Made by a program: the position numbers and the translations under genes. From a plasmid, in the sequence record NZ_CP024444.1: DNA of 64,000 nucleotides; one strand, 5' to 3'. This document shows, one piece after another, positions 20,174 to 30,577 of this stretch. The notes below the pieces were generated by a model, which saw only the letters and a program-made list of their open reading frames with translations, was not told where the DNA came from and did no database searches. Numbering within the stretch: position 1 is the first letter of the stretch; the number at the start of each line of letters is the position of its first letter.

Positions 20174-21418
20174 ATGACAGAAACACTAATTAAAATTGAT
20201 ATTAACCAATCACCTTATGAAAATGAAAATATCCATAATCGTTGGCACCCAGACATTCCTATGGCTGTAAGTGTTAAACCAGGCGATGATTTTATCGTAG
20301 AATGTTATGAATGGACGGGCGGACAAATTCAGAATAATGACAGTGCTGAAGACGTAAGAGACGTTGATCTTACGAAAGTCCATTTCTTATCTGGTCCAAT
20401 TGAAGTAGAAGGTGCTGAGCCAGGTGATTTGTTAGAAGTTGATATTATGGACATTGGTACATTAGCAGAAAGCCAATGGGGGTTTAATGGATTCTTTTCT
20501 AAAGAAAACGGCGGTGGTTTTCTAACAGAACATTATCCAGAAGCACAAAAATCTATTTGGGATTTTAATGGTATTTATACTAAATCTCGTCATATTCCTG
20601 GTGTTGAATTTGCAGGTATTATTCATCCTGGGTTAATTGGTACTATGCCGTCTCATGAGATGTTAAAAGAGTGGAATGACCGTGAAAAGGAATTATATGA
20701 TACTGATCCTAATCGCGTTCCAGGGTTAGTAAATCTTCCGTTTGCTAAAACTGCTCACATGGGAAAATTGCAGGGTTCAGAGAAAGAATCTGCAGCTGCA
20801 ACGGCAGCTCGTACTGTTCCCCCTCGTGAAAATGGTGGCAACTGTGACATTAAAGATCTTACAAAAGGGGCGAAGATCTATTTTCCGGTTTATGTGAAGG
20901 GCGCAGGCTTATCAGTAGGCGACTTGCACTTTAGCCAAGGTGATGGAGAGATTACCTTTTGCGGTGCAATTGAGATGGCAGGTTGGATTCATTTAAGAGT
21001 TAATTTGGTCAAAAATGGTATGGAAAAATATGCTATTAAAAATCCAATCTTTAAACCAAGTCCCTTAACGCCAAATTACAATGATTATTTGATTTTTGAA
21101 GGTGTTTCTGTTGATGAGCAAGGTAAACAGCATTACCTAGATGTACAAGTTGCTTACCGTCAAGCCGTATTAAATGCCATCGAATACTTGAAGAAATTTG
21201 GTTATAGCGGTGCACAAGCTTATTCTTTATTGGGGTGTGCACCAATTCAAGCACATATTAGTGGCGTAGTGGATGTGCCAAATGCTTGTGCGACGTTATG
21301 GCTACCTACAGAAATATTTGACTTTGATATTAATCCTGGTGCGAATAAACCTGAGAAAAATCCAAAAGATATTTCTGATCTACCGTTAGCAATAAATCCG
21401 CCACAAATTAAATCATAA
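20174..21418 (+). CDS. fmdA: formamidase (acetamidase/formamidase family)
   Basis: 414 aa. FmdA/AmdA signature regions (HFLSGPIEVEGAEPGD, CDIKDLTKGAKIYFPV, GDLHFSQGDGEITFCGAIEM). Confidence 0.85.
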   Translation: MTETLIKIDINQSPYENENIHNRWHPDIPMAVSVKPGDDFIVECYEWTGGQIQNNDSAEDVRDVDLTKVHFLSGPIEVEGAEPGDLLEVDIMDIGTLAESQWGFNGFFSKENGGGFLTEHYPEAQKSIWDFNGIYTKSRHIPGVEFAGIIHPGLIGTMPSHEMLKEWNDREKELYDTDPNRVPGLVNLPFAKTAHMGKLQGSEKESAAATAARTVPPRENGGNCDIKDLTKGAKIYFPVYVKGAGLSVGDLHFSQGDGEITFCGAIEMAGWIHLRVNLVKNGMEKYAIKNPIFKPSPLTPNYNDYLIFEGVSVDEQGKQHYLDVQVAYRQAVLNAIEYLKKFGYSGAQAYSLLGCAPIQAHISGVVDVPNACATLWLPTEIFDFDINPGANKPEKNPKDISDLPLAINPPQIKS

Positions 21419-21573
21419 ACTTATAAGCTAATGCTATGAGTATTAAATAAAATTTATATTTCCTTATTATGCTATTTAATAAATATTATTGAATAGCATT
21501 CTTTTTCGAATGATTAGTAATATTAATTTAGATCTTTTGCTATTAATAATATTATTTTGAAAGGTAATTTATC

Positions 21574-21894
21574 ATGCCGGTATATGATTATAAATGTCCA
21601 AAACATGGAATATTTCACGAACTTGGTGAAATAAAGTTAGCAGGTACACCAAAACAGTGCCCTAAATGCCAAACCACGAGTCCTCAAATAATTATGATGC
21701 CCCCTGTGTACCTAGATATGGATGCGGATAAGAAAAAAGCCTGTGCATGTAATGAACGAGCTCAGCATGCTCCTTTAAAAAGCTCACAGCTTCTCAGACC
21801 TGATTCGTCAATGAGTAAAAGTAAAAATACTTTAATTCACCCGGATGGAACCAAAACAATTCCAAACCAAAGGCCTTGGATGATTAGTCATTAG
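21574..21894 (+). CDS. fmdB: FmdB-family zinc-ribbon putative regulatory protein
   Basis: MPVYDYKCPKHG...CPKCQ CxxC...CxxC N-terminus typical of FmdB. Immediately downstream of fmdA. Confidence 0.7.
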   Translation: MPVYDYKCPKHGIFHELGEIKLAGTPKQCPKCQTTSPQIIMMPPVYLDMDADKKKACACNERAQHAPLKSSQLLRPDSSMSKSKNTLIHPDGTKTIPNQRPWMISH

Positions 21895-21954
21895 TAAAAT
21901 GAACCATGCATATAGGGCGGTAAGTACATTTGTCGAATATTTTTAAGTATCTTT

Positions 21955-22060
21955 TACTTGTCTAAAAAACGAAGGTTTTTTGGACAATTTTTTTACCCTC
22001 AAAAAACGACCGCTTTTCTATAGTTTGTTGAATAAAAACCCGTCTAAAAAACAACGTTAA
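21955..22060. repeat. Three spaced copies of an iteron-like motif (G/C)TCTAAAAAAC(G/A)A
   Basis: GTCTAAAAAACGAAGG (21960), CCTCAAAAAACGACCG (21996) and CGTCTAAAAAACAACG (22041), spaced about 40 bp apart, upstream of the TA/resolvase block. Confidence 0.4.
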
Positions 22061-22146
22061 AATAACCCTCTAGAAATTGCTTTTTATATAGTTCTGGCTC
22101 ATACTAACCTTATACTTTTTGTTCTCACTGTCAAACAGGAGAAGTT

Positions 22147-22416
22147 ATGTTAGATATATTAACGGTGAGCAACCACTACCCAGATCGGCCGAATGTCCTT
22201 GTGCTGACTGATAGTCTATTGGCAGAGCTTAATCTGGCCAACAATACAAAGTTGTCTATCGTGAAGCACGATAATGGAGTTATTGAACTTGTGCCTGTGT
22301 CCGAACACAGCAAAGGTGATATTCGCCGTCTCAAAGGGTTGGTGAAAACTAACATAACCGCCAGTATCGATGAGATGAATGACGGCATTGCAATGGGTGC
22401 GATTCATGGAGAGTAG
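22147..22416 (+). CDS. antitoxin (AbrB/MazE/VapB-like swapped-hairpin fold)
   Basis: 89 aa. Overlaps the downstream PIN gene by 8 nt (ATGGAGAG...TAG). Confidence 0.55.
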   Translation: MLDILTVSNHYPDRPNVLVLTDSLLAELNLANNTKLSIVKHDNGVIELVPVSEHSKGDIRRLKGLVKTNITASIDEMNDGIAMGAIHGE

Positions 22417-22819
22417 TGCTGAGCTTATTGGTATTGATACCAACGTACTGGCTCGTTATCTTGTTCAGGATGATCAAGAACAAGCTGAGCAAGCCAGTGC
22501 ATTTCTTGAAAGCCTAAATGCGCATAAAAAGGGCTATATCTCCGTCATTGTGTTGATAGAGCTGATTTGGTTACTAAGACGTGTCTATAACCAATCTCGC
22601 AGTCAAGTGGCGATGATCTTGGATGAGTTATTGGCGATTGATACATTGGTGTTTGAACATCAGGCATTGGTGTTACAAGCACTGGCTATTTATCACACCA
22701 TGTCATCAGATTTTTCTGATCTTCTAATTCACAAGATTAATCAACAACAAGGTTGTGTGTATACGGTCACCTTTGATAAAGGGGCGGTCAATAAAGCAGG
22801 TATGACCAAATTACAATAG
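22409..22819 (+). CDS. vapC: PIN-domain toxin (VapC-like)
   Basis: MESSAELIGIDTNVLARYL... has a PIN-like N-terminus (IDTNVL). Paired with the upstream small gene. The track ORF starts earlier, at 22379. Confidence 0.6.
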   Translation, partial: ESSAELIGIDTNVLARYLVQDDQEQAEQASAFLESLNAHKKGYISVIVLIELIWLLRRVYNQSRSQVAMILDELLAIDTLVFEHQALVLQALAIYHTMSSDFSDLLIHKINQQQGCVYTVTFDKGAVNKAGMTKLQ

Positions 22820-22835
22820 GATTAATCTCAGCTAT

Positions 22836-23402
22836 ATGAAAATCGGTTACGCTCGAACATCCACCATTGACCAAAACTTAGATTTGCAACTTGATGCACT
22901 CACCCAAGCAGGCTGTGAGAAGGTCTATCAAGAAAAAATATCCTCTGTTAACGATCATCGATCTGAACTAGAGAACTGCCTTAAGGCCTTGCGTGAAGGC
23001 GATACATTATATATTTGGCGGCTAGACCGCTTGGGCCGTAGCCTAAAAGAATTAATCAGTCTGGTTAATCAGCTACAAGAGATGGGCTGTGAGTTGGTAT
23101 CGATTAAAGAGAATATCGATACCAGTACACCAACTGGTAAGCTTGCCTTTCATTTATTTGCGTCATTGGCAGAGTTTGAACGTGAACTGATTCGAGAACG
23201 TACTCAAGCAGGGATATTGTCAGCAAGAGCTAGAGGGCGTATGGGCGGACGGCCTCAGAAACTTACCGATACAGAGAAAGTCATGATTCGTCAGCTGATG
23301 AGTGACCGAAGTAACTCACCAACTGACATTGCCAAACGCTTTGGGGTGAGTCGGGCAACGGTTTATAGTGTGACTAAAGAAGTTGAAATGGCTAAGTCTT
23401 AA
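22836..23402 (+). CDS. serine recombinase (resolvase/invertase family)
   Basis: MKIGYARTSTIDQNLDLQ...RLDRLGRS catalytic-Ser N-terminal domain plus a C-terminal HTH (IAKRFGVSRATVY). Confidence 0.85.
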   Translation: MKIGYARTSTIDQNLDLQLDALTQAGCEKVYQEKISSVNDHRSELENCLKALREGDTLYIWRLDRLGRSLKELISLVNQLQEMGCELVSIKENIDTSTPTGKLAFHLFASLAEFERELIRERTQAGILSARARGRMGGRPQKLTDTEKVMIRQLMSDRSNSPTDIAKRFGVSRATVYSVTKEVEMAKS

Positions 23403-23549
23403 TTCTGAACAAATAGGTAAACAATTTATCGAGTGAACCTTTGAGCGTTTTTTAAAAAGATTGGCTACAGGTAAAGTTGTCCTTATCATGGACAGAACCA
23501 ACTGACAATTTAGCAAACATGATATCAATATCCTCATGCTTTCCATTGT

Positions 23550-24016
23550 TCACAGATCTGCTTTTTTTTGATCATCAAACCCAGACTTAAATTTTTTGTA
23601 CTCAATTTCCACCCATTGATTGACGAGTAGTTTGATCGACATTCGATTTACTTTAGCCATCTCTTCTAGATATGGCATTTTTTTTTGTAGAATCTCAACC
23701 GTTCGGTCTTCCAAAGTTCTTTTTCTAGATTCTCTGTTCTTACCAACAGCCACCCGATTCTTATATTTATCGATATAATGCTGTCGATTCTGCTTGAAAA
23801 TTTCTGGAATGGTCTTCTCGGCAAAAGTCATTTCAAGTTCAATATTTGGAAAACTCATATCTGAATATTGTTCAATTTGGTGCAGGTAGTTTTCATCATA
23901 AAAAAATGGATTATGGTAAAGGTCTCGATTGAAGTTTATTTGATCATCTACAAAAATTATAATGCCCTTATTGATATAAACTGTATATGTTCCCTCAAGT
24001 AAACAGATGCTCGTAG
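23550..24016 (-). pseudogene. hypothetical protein gene, 5' end interrupted by IS3-family copy C
   Basis: The ORF runs into the IS left end at 24017. The N-terminal 28 aa of the track ORF are encoded by IS sequence. Confidence 0.4.
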
Positions 24017-24094
24017 TATAATACTCCCCGAAAACTAGACCAAAAAATTGTAGCAAATAAGATAGAATAGCCCTTAAGAAAAGAGGTCTATCTA

Positions 24095-24385
24095 ATGACA
24101 AAAGTTCGTAAACGTCACAATGCTGAATTTAAAAGCAAAGTTGCTGTTGAAGCAATTAAAGAGCAAAAAACGATCAATGAGCTGACTGCTGAATACGGTG
24201 TTCATGCAACCCAAATCAGCAACTGGAAAAAGCAAGCCTTGGCTGTTATACCAAGTGCCTTTAACACCAAACAGCACGACAACGAACAAGCCCAGCAAGC
24301 TATTATTGATGAACTGCATCGGCAGCTTGGGCAAGTCATTAGCGAGAGGGACTGGCTTAAAAAAAAGTCCTCACAGCTCACTTAG
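24095..24385 (+). CDS. IS3-family transposase OrfA
   Basis: 96 aa, 4 substitutions relative to copy B. Confidence 0.8.
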   Translation: MTKVRKRHNAEFKSKVAVEAIKEQKTINELTAEYGVHATQISNWKKQALAVIPSAFNTKQHDNEQAQQAIIDELHRQLGQVISERDWLKKKSSQLT

Positions 24386-24513
24386 AGTCTCGTAAACAAC
24401 TGCTAGAACCTGACAATAAGGATTTCAGTACCCGTAAACAATGCGAACTGCTCGGTATTAACCGCTCAAGCCTGTACTATCAGCCAAAGCCCATCAGTAA
24501 GCTTGATATCACC

Positions 24514-25256
24514 TTGATGAACTTGCTTGACGAACAATATACCAAAGCCCCATTTTACGGGGTTAAACGCATGACAGCGTATTTGAGACAATTAGGCTAT
24601 CAAGTGGGAGAAAAACGAGTTAGGCGACTGCTACGGCAAATGGGGCTAGATGCCATCTACCAGCATCCTAACACGAGTAAGCCGAATCCCGAGCATCAAG
24701 TTTACCCGTATTTGCTTAGAAATGTACCCATCACCCGCTGTAACCAAGTGTGGAGTACCGATATCACATACATTCGCCTGTCTAAAGGGTTTGTGTATTT
24801 GATGGCGGTGATTGATTGGTACAGCCGTTATGTTTTAGGTTGGTCGCTATCTACCACGCTTGAGGCAGATTTCTGCATTGATACGGTGGGTAAATTACTG
24901 CACAATGGGTTACGCTGTGAGATTTTTAATACCGACCAAGGTTCGCAGTTTACCAGTCCAAGATTTACCACGCCACTCATTGATTCGGGCATTGCTGTAA
25001 GCATGGACGGTCGTGGCAGGGCGTTGGATAATCTCAAGTAGAAAGACTGTGGCGATCAGTAAAGTACGAATGCGTGTATTTACGCCAGTTTGATACGGTC
25101 AGTCAAGCCAGAGTTGGTTTGAAAGACTATTTTGAGTTTTACAATTATGAGCGGTTGCATCAGTCGCTTGATTACCATACCCCTGCACAGGTTTATTTAA
25201 ACAATAGTTCGGTTAATCCTGTGATTTATCAACCCAATTCTATCTTAATTTTGTGA
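24514..25256 (+). pseudogene. IS3-family transposase OrfB, disrupted
   Basis: Stop after ...RALDNLK (25041). Continues in another frame at 25074-25256. Confidence 0.75.
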
Positions 25257-25287
25257 TTATTTGGTCTAGACATTGGGGAGTACCTTA

Positions 25288-26060
25288 TTCTTGGCAATCC
25301 AAAGACCGAGCAATTCTTTACGCCCTTCAGTATTAATGCCAAGCGCAAGGTAAACACATTTATTATGAGCAATACCTTCTTCTCGATTTTTAACCACCAA
25401 TCCGTCAAGATAGACGACAGGGTAAATCGGTTCAAGTGGACGCTGTTGCCATTGTTTGACTTCATCCAGTACGCTGTCGGTGACGGTGGAGATAAAGGTA
25501 GATGAAACGTCAACGCCATAGATTTCTTTTAAATGCGCTTGAATGTCACGGGTGCTCATGCCTCGGGAATATAGGGAGATGACCTTATCATCAAAGCCGT
25601 TTAGGGTGCGTTCATGCTTTTTAACAAATTGTGGCTCGAAGCTGCCTGCTCGATCCCTTGGTACGTCAAGTTCTATTTTACCAAAGTCAGTACGGATGGT
25701 TTTTTTAGTGGTGCCGTTACGGGCATTGCTATTCTTACGAGCGGGTTTGCCTGCAAGTGATACGGTTTCTTCGCTTATGGTACTAGGCTGGATAGTTTCT
25801 TCTTCAGCTGATGGCTGTTCGTCCTCAAGCCAATCATTTTTAGGTTCATGATTGATGAAGTCATCAAGCGTTTCTTTATTAGCTTTGCTTTGGTAGTCGT
25901 GTTTGGCGTAGCCAAGATGATGGGTCATTTCGGCTTGTAAGGCTCGTTCGGCAAGTCGTTTAGTGAGTTGTTTTAAGATACCGTTTTCACCCAAGATTTG
26001 TTCGGGTGTTTGGTAGTCTTTTAAGAGTTCGTCAAGCAAAACTTCTGTTGATTCTTTCAT
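25288..26060 (-). pseudogene. IS256-family (Mutator-like) transposase, C-terminally truncated
   Basis: ELLKDYQTPEQILGENGILKQLTKRL...LDVPRDRAGSFEPQFVKKHERTLNGFDDKVISLYSRGMSTRDIQAHLKEIYGV...WQQRPLE are hallmark IS256 motifs. Confidence 0.8.
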
Positions 26061-26130
26061 GTAAATATTCCTGTGTAAGTCCTGGTGTTAAAATTGGGTT
26101 TACACAAAATATTTTACAGTCTCCAATCGC
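25288..26130 (-). mobile_element. IS256-family element remnant (3' part removed by the IS3 copy C insertion)
   Basis: Transposase N-terminal two-thirds only. Left end near 26090-26130 (GGTGTTAAAATTGGGTTTACAC). Confidence 0.65.
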
Positions 26131-26319
26131 CTAAAATAATTAGCCTTAAATATAAAAACCCAATTTCATATTGGGTTTTTTTTTGGGGAAATTTAATCAG
26201 TATTTACATCATGCCGTGCGCAAAATATGACAGCATCGGACAATGTAGGATAAAATAATATTTTGTCGGAAAAACTGAAATATCGTGCTTTTTATATAGT
26301 ATAATTTCTTTAAGTAGTA

Positions 26320-27570
26320 TAGAGACCTTTGCACGAAACAGCCCCTTTGCTCGAGGCATACCACCAAACCGAAAAAAAACAAAGAATGGCAATGAAATAA
26401 GCAAAACAATGGCTAAATCATGGATAAAATCTCCAAATGGTTGTTAAATTTGTGTCTATTGGCTGAGCTTACTAACCAACAGACACAATAACCCTAGGCG
26501 AGTCCGTATTTTCGTTTCAAGCTTAGGGCAGTTTTTAAATTATGCACCATGCTTGCAAGCAAAGTGCTGGTATGAAATTGCATTAACCCTAAATGACGAG
26601 CTTTGCTCATCCCATAATGCAGTTTAAAATGTCCAAAGACCCGCTCAACGGTGTTTCTAGTTTGGCTCTTTTGGGTATTATTGCGTTTTTGCTGTTCGGT
26701 TAAGGGTGTATTGCGCCATGCTCTATCATGAATATGATTTTTTATCGGTGGTTCATGCTCGGCAAGGTAGTCATCATGGGCTTGGCTTTTATACGCACTG
26801 TCAGCATACACGGCTGATTCATCATCTGTTAACAGCATGGTAAAACATTGGGAATCATGGACATTGGCAGGGGTAGTTTCAACCTTTTTGACAAAGCTGT
26901 CTTCATCACAGTTGAGATGAATTTTAAAGCCGTAGGTGGTTTTTACTTTACCTGTACTGTCTTTTTTACTGACATAGGCGGCTTCGTTATCTTGGGTATT
27001 GTCGGTGTGTTTGCCTTTCTTAGGTCGTTTGTTTTTAGCTTCAACGATACTGGCATCGATGATGCTGACATTGCCCGCTTTGATAAAAATGTTTTGTTGG
27101 GCTAGTTGCTCATTGATTTGGTTGAACAATGGTTCAATCAGTCTAAGCTCACCTAGGTGTTTGTGGTATCGCCAAATGGTGCTATGGTCGGGTACATCAT
27201 CCGTTAATGATAGGCCAACAAAGCGACGAAATAGTAAGTCTCGTGCCAGTTGTTTTTCCATGGCTGGATCCGATAGGTTATAGAGTTTTTGTAAGAGTAA
27301 TACTTTAAACATGATGACAGGGTGAAAGGCAGATTCCCCACGCTCACTGCTATGAACGTGGCGTAAGGTTTGCTCGATAGTTTGCCAGTCAATTAGGTTG
27401 TGTAGTTCATCTAATTCTTCGATGGCTTTGTGAGCGTTAATGAGACTGTCTGCTAGGGAGAGTTGCCCTGTTTGTTTCCATGCCATAGTCGTGTCTTTTG
27501 CTAGGTGATTGATTTTATTGTATTATACCAATTTAATGAACTTTTGTGTGTTTATTCGTGCAAAGGTTTC
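26320..27570 (-). mobile_element. IS5-family insertion sequence (approximate bounds)
   Basis: Single 330-aa DDE transposase. 12-bp inverted repeats CCTTTGCACGAA at 26326 and 27555 (inverted). Exact termini uncertain. Confidence 0.6.
26494..27486 (-). CDS. IS5-family transposase
   Basis: 330 aa. N-terminal transposase_11-like region (HPVIMFKVLLLQKLYNLSD) and DDE_Tnp_1 region (IDASIVEAK...YADSAYKS). Confidence 0.8.
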   Translation of the reverse strand: MAWKQTGQLSLADSLINAHKAIEELDELHNLIDWQTIEQTLRHVHSSERGESAFHPVIMFKVLLLQKLYNLSDPAMEKQLARDLLFRRFVGLSLTDDVPDHSTIWRYHKHLGELRLIEPLFNQINEQLAQQNIFIKAGNVSIIDASIVEAKNKRPKKGKHTDNTQDNEAAYVSKKDSTGKVKTTYGFKIHLNCDEDSFVKKVETTPANVHDSQCFTMLLTDDESAVYADSAYKSQAHDDYLAEHEPPIKNHIHDRAWRNTPLTEQQKRNNTQKSQTRNTVERVFGHFKLHYGMSKARHLGLMQFHTSTLLASMVHNLKTALSLKRKYGLA

Positions 27571-27628
27571 GTATATTTTTTATGCTACTTATCTTAATTA
27601 ATTTATAGCGAATAAATAGGTAAACTGT

Positions 27629-27856
27629 ATGATGCAAGACGAATATGAAAAAATTTCTTTGCGTGTCCCAAAGCAATTAAAAGCATGGGCAAATGATATT
27701 GCAGATGAAAACTGTCAAACGCTTTCAGGCTATATCATGAAGTTACTTCTTGAAGAAAGAAAACGGCTTGAGCAAAAAAGAATCGAACAACAACGTGCAC
27801 AACAGCTGCGGACGTTCGCCACTTTTGAAGAACAAAACCATTGCTTGCGCAGCTAG
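27629..27856 (+). CDS. ribbon-helix-helix (Arc/MetJ-like) small DNA-binding protein
   Basis: 75 aa. KISLRVPKQLKAWANDIADENCQTLSGYIMKLLLEE is an RHH signature. Confidence 0.55.
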   Translation: MMQDEYEKISLRVPKQLKAWANDIADENCQTLSGYIMKLLLEERKRLEQKRIEQQRAQQLRTFATFEEQNHCLRS

Positions 27857-27876
27857 ATAAACATAAGGTCGGTATT

Positions 27877-28125
27877 ATGATAAATGATGTATCTTCTGAA
27901 CAAGAAAAATTGCTTGGACAACTGGTAGACGACTTTGCAGAAAAAATGAAAGCAAAGTTGGTTGAAAAAAGCAGGCAAGGTTGGAACGGCTGGCAAAATT
28001 GTGCTCTTGAAGACTTAAAACAGGGCCTTGCTGACAATCTTGCCCAAGAAGATTATTTGGATGTAGCAAACTATGCATTATTGCTAAATAAGCGAGCCCC
28101 AATGTCTGTGCTATCACAAAGTTAG
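27877..28125 (+). CDS. hypothetical protein
   Basis: 82 aa from the ATG with an AAGGTCGG RBS. No recognisable domain. Confidence 0.4.
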   Translation: MINDVSSEQEKLLGQLVDDFAEKMKAKLVEKSRQGWNGWQNCALEDLKQGLADNLAQEDYLDVANYALLLNKRAPMSVLSQS

Positions 28126-28235
28126 CCGGAATTTAGCAGTGACATCCCCCATTTAATCAAAAACGCGCAAAATAATATTTTGTGCGTTTTCTATATGTTT
28201 CTAATATAAGCAATTTCGCAGCAACCTATGCATTA

Positions 28236-29180
28236 ATGTATGCAATCAATAGAAAAATTATGATGCTATTTGAACCTGAAAAACCGAGTAGACAGGCTCC
28301 AAAATTTGAAACCTTGAGAAAATTATACGTGCTATCGGGTAATCTATGCGCCTATCCAGGGTGTAATAAATTATTGCTTGATGCAAATGCCAATTTCGTG
28401 GGTCAGATTTGCCACATAGAAGCTGCCAGCCCAGGTGGTGAACGCTTTAACCCTAATATGACCAATGAAGAGCGACGACATTTTGATAATTTGATGTTGA
28501 TGTGTTATGACCATCATATTGAAACGAATAAAGTAGCTGAATACCCCGTTGAACGGCTCAAAAGTTTCAAACGTGAACATGAAGCAAAATTTAGCACTGA
28601 AGCCTTAGTACAAAGCATCTTAAACAGCTTGCGCGATTACACAGAACACGGTGCAGATTTTGAAAAAGTTAAATCACTGGAAAATTTGTTTGATACTTTA
28701 TATCCCCAAAACAATCAATCACGTCGTCCGGTTGAAGAGATAGAAAGGGATTGCGATGCTTTTAATCAGACTATCGAACAATATTTAAAATTAAGTTTAC
28801 GAGCGCGAAAACTGTTCTTGATTGGGTTAAAGCATTCCCATCATCCCTTTTATACAAAGTGGCGTCTTGACACCGACGTATTGTATGTAGAGTTTTCGGA
28901 AATTGCCAATAAGCTTAATATGACATTCCGTTTAAATCGTGAAAATGATATTGGTTCGCTTGTCGATGAAATAGAGTCTAATGGGCTTATGCATGTGTCA
29001 GAGTTTGATTTAGGATATGATAGGATTGTTCATCGGTATACCTATACCGCTGTCAATCCTAAGCTAGAGGCTAGTGAGTTTATTTGGTTGTATATTAAGG
29101 ACTTCTGTGAGAAGACAAACAAAGATGTGGTAAGTTTTGTTAGCGATTTGGATTTTAGCGAACTGGATGAACCGATATAA
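28236..29180 (+). CDS. HNH-motif nuclease-domain protein with an uncharacterised C-terminal domain
   Basis: CAYPGCNKLL...CHIEAASPGGERFNPNMTNEERRHFDNLMLMCYDHH fits the C-x2-C / H-N-N / C-x2-HH HNH pattern. About 200 aa follow with no known domain. Start ambiguous (28236 or 28260). Confidence 0.55.
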   Translation: MYAINRKIMMLFEPEKPSRQAPKFETLRKLYVLSGNLCAYPGCNKLLLDANANFVGQICHIEAASPGGERFNPNMTNEERRHFDNLMLMCYDHHIETNKVAEYPVERLKSFKREHEAKFSTEALVQSILNSLRDYTEHGADFEKVKSLENLFDTLYPQNNQSRRPVEEIERDCDAFNQTIEQYLKLSLRARKLFLIGLKHSHHPFYTKWRLDTDVLYVEFSEIANKLNMTFRLNRENDIGSLVDEIESNGLMHVSEFDLGYDRIVHRYTYTAVNPKLEASEFIWLYIKDFCEKTNKDVVSFVSDLDFSELDEPI

Positions 29181-29372
29181 CAAGACAATCGCTATTAAAA
29201 TCAGTCAAAAAAACATGTCAGTGTCGCACTGACATGTTCGCATGAGCTAATTGAGTAGTGGCTGTGATTAAATCAAAAATTGTTGTTACAGCAGTGTTGT
29301 ATCGATCGCCTACCGTCAGTTTAAATGTTTTATTAGTGGTATTAACATACCAAAATAGAGCCAAATTAAAAC

Positions 29373-30389
29373 CTATTCGATGTCAAAAAAGGGGAAATTA
29401 GATTGGAAAATAGGATGTTGTTGGTTTAAAAGACGTGTGTAAATTTCATTAAGATACGGGGTATTTTTAATAAATGTGAGATTTTTTTCATAAAAATCCG
29501 CCCAATTTACCCAATTCTTTTTATTATGCCCAAAACTTATATCAAATAAATCAAAGCACCATTCACCATATTCGCCATGCTCGGCTTTATTGATAACCTT
29601 TAAAGGGTGTTCTTTGCCTTCCAATAACCGCATGAACAGCTCACCATCGAGCACATACCCAAAGCAGTTAGGCATGGCATCGGCATGGGTTAACACGTAG
29701 ATGACCAAACTGAAAAATGCCGTCTTGTATGCCTGTTTTTCTGTTAAATTTTCATTAAGATAAATGTCGGTGGTGAAAAATTGGCACGTCCTGTCATTAT
29801 ATTGCTTGAGGATACCTAATTCGCCTGCCAAATTGTCACATCTAATCAAGTAAATATTAGTGAGTGTGTTGTAAGGGTCATCGGGTGTGATAATAAACTC
29901 TATCAGTTGGTCAAAACTATCAAAGTCCGGTAATTTCTTCGCCTGAAAAGGTCTACCTAGTCCAAACAACAACCAATCTTTGCTACAGCCAAAAATCTTG
30001 GCGATTTGTTTTAGGTCATCAAACTTAGGTTCAACACGCCCATCAAACCATGCTTCAACGTTACAAGCGGTGTCAAAGTCTAATTGATAGGCGAGTAGTG
30101 ATGGGTTTAATAACGGCATCTTGTGCAAATAATTGGCTTCATTCACCAGTAAATGTAATCGATTGGAAATATCAATCAAGCGATTGCTTTTTTGATAATT
30201 CTCAAAAAACTCATGTAAATCATGAGTTATCTGTTGCTGATTGCTTGGCGTCGGTGCGTTAAACGACGCCACTAGGCGGATATTTAATTCGTTATTTAAC
30301 GTGCGGTTATTTTTTTTGGCAATCGCATGAATTTTTTCTTTTAGCTCAATCGGCAATCTCAAATTGACTTGCACATCCGACTTTTTCAT
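29373..30389 (-). CDS. RHH (Arc-like) plus HTH regulator-like protein with a large unknown C-terminal domain
   Basis: N-terminus VNLRLPIELKEKIHAIAKKNNRTLNNELNIRL (Arc family). Central KQIAKIFGCSKDWLLFGL (XRE-type helix). About 200 aa with no known domain. Confidence 0.5.
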   Translation of the reverse strand: MKKSDVQVNLRLPIELKEKIHAIAKKNNRTLNNELNIRLVASFNAPTPSNQQQITHDLHEFFENYQKSNRLIDISNRLHLLVNEANYLHKMPLLNPSLLAYQLDFDTACNVEAWFDGRVEPKFDDLKQIAKIFGCSKDWLLFGLGRPFQAKKLPDFDSFDQLIEFIITPDDPYNTLTNIYLIRCDNLAGELGILKQYNDRTCQFFTTDIYLNENLTEKQAYKTAFFSLVIYVLTHADAMPNCFGYVLDGELFMRLLEGKEHPLKVINKAEHGEYGEWCFDLFDISFGHNKKNWVNWADFYEKNLTFIKNTPYLNEIYTRLLNQQHPIFQSNFPFFDIE

Positions 30390-30577
30390 TATTTATCTCG
30401 TTGTTCTTTAATCTCAACAGGTAATCTTATCGTGATCTCTTCATCTATGTTACTCATGGTTGTCCTTTATGGGCTAAAATAATTTAATAGAGCCGTCTAT
30501 CCGTGGGTTGGCCGTGTTTAGTGCCTAGTAACCAACTTAAATGCCATTTTATTGTCAGTTGGGTTTTTGGTTAAAAG

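Larger units (their letters stand above)
24017..25287 (+). mobile_element. IS3-family insertion sequence, copy C (degenerate)
   Basis: Same 1271-bp element as 10172-11441, about 93% identical. orfB is interrupted by a stop at 25041. Inserted into an IS256-family element. Confidence 0.85.
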
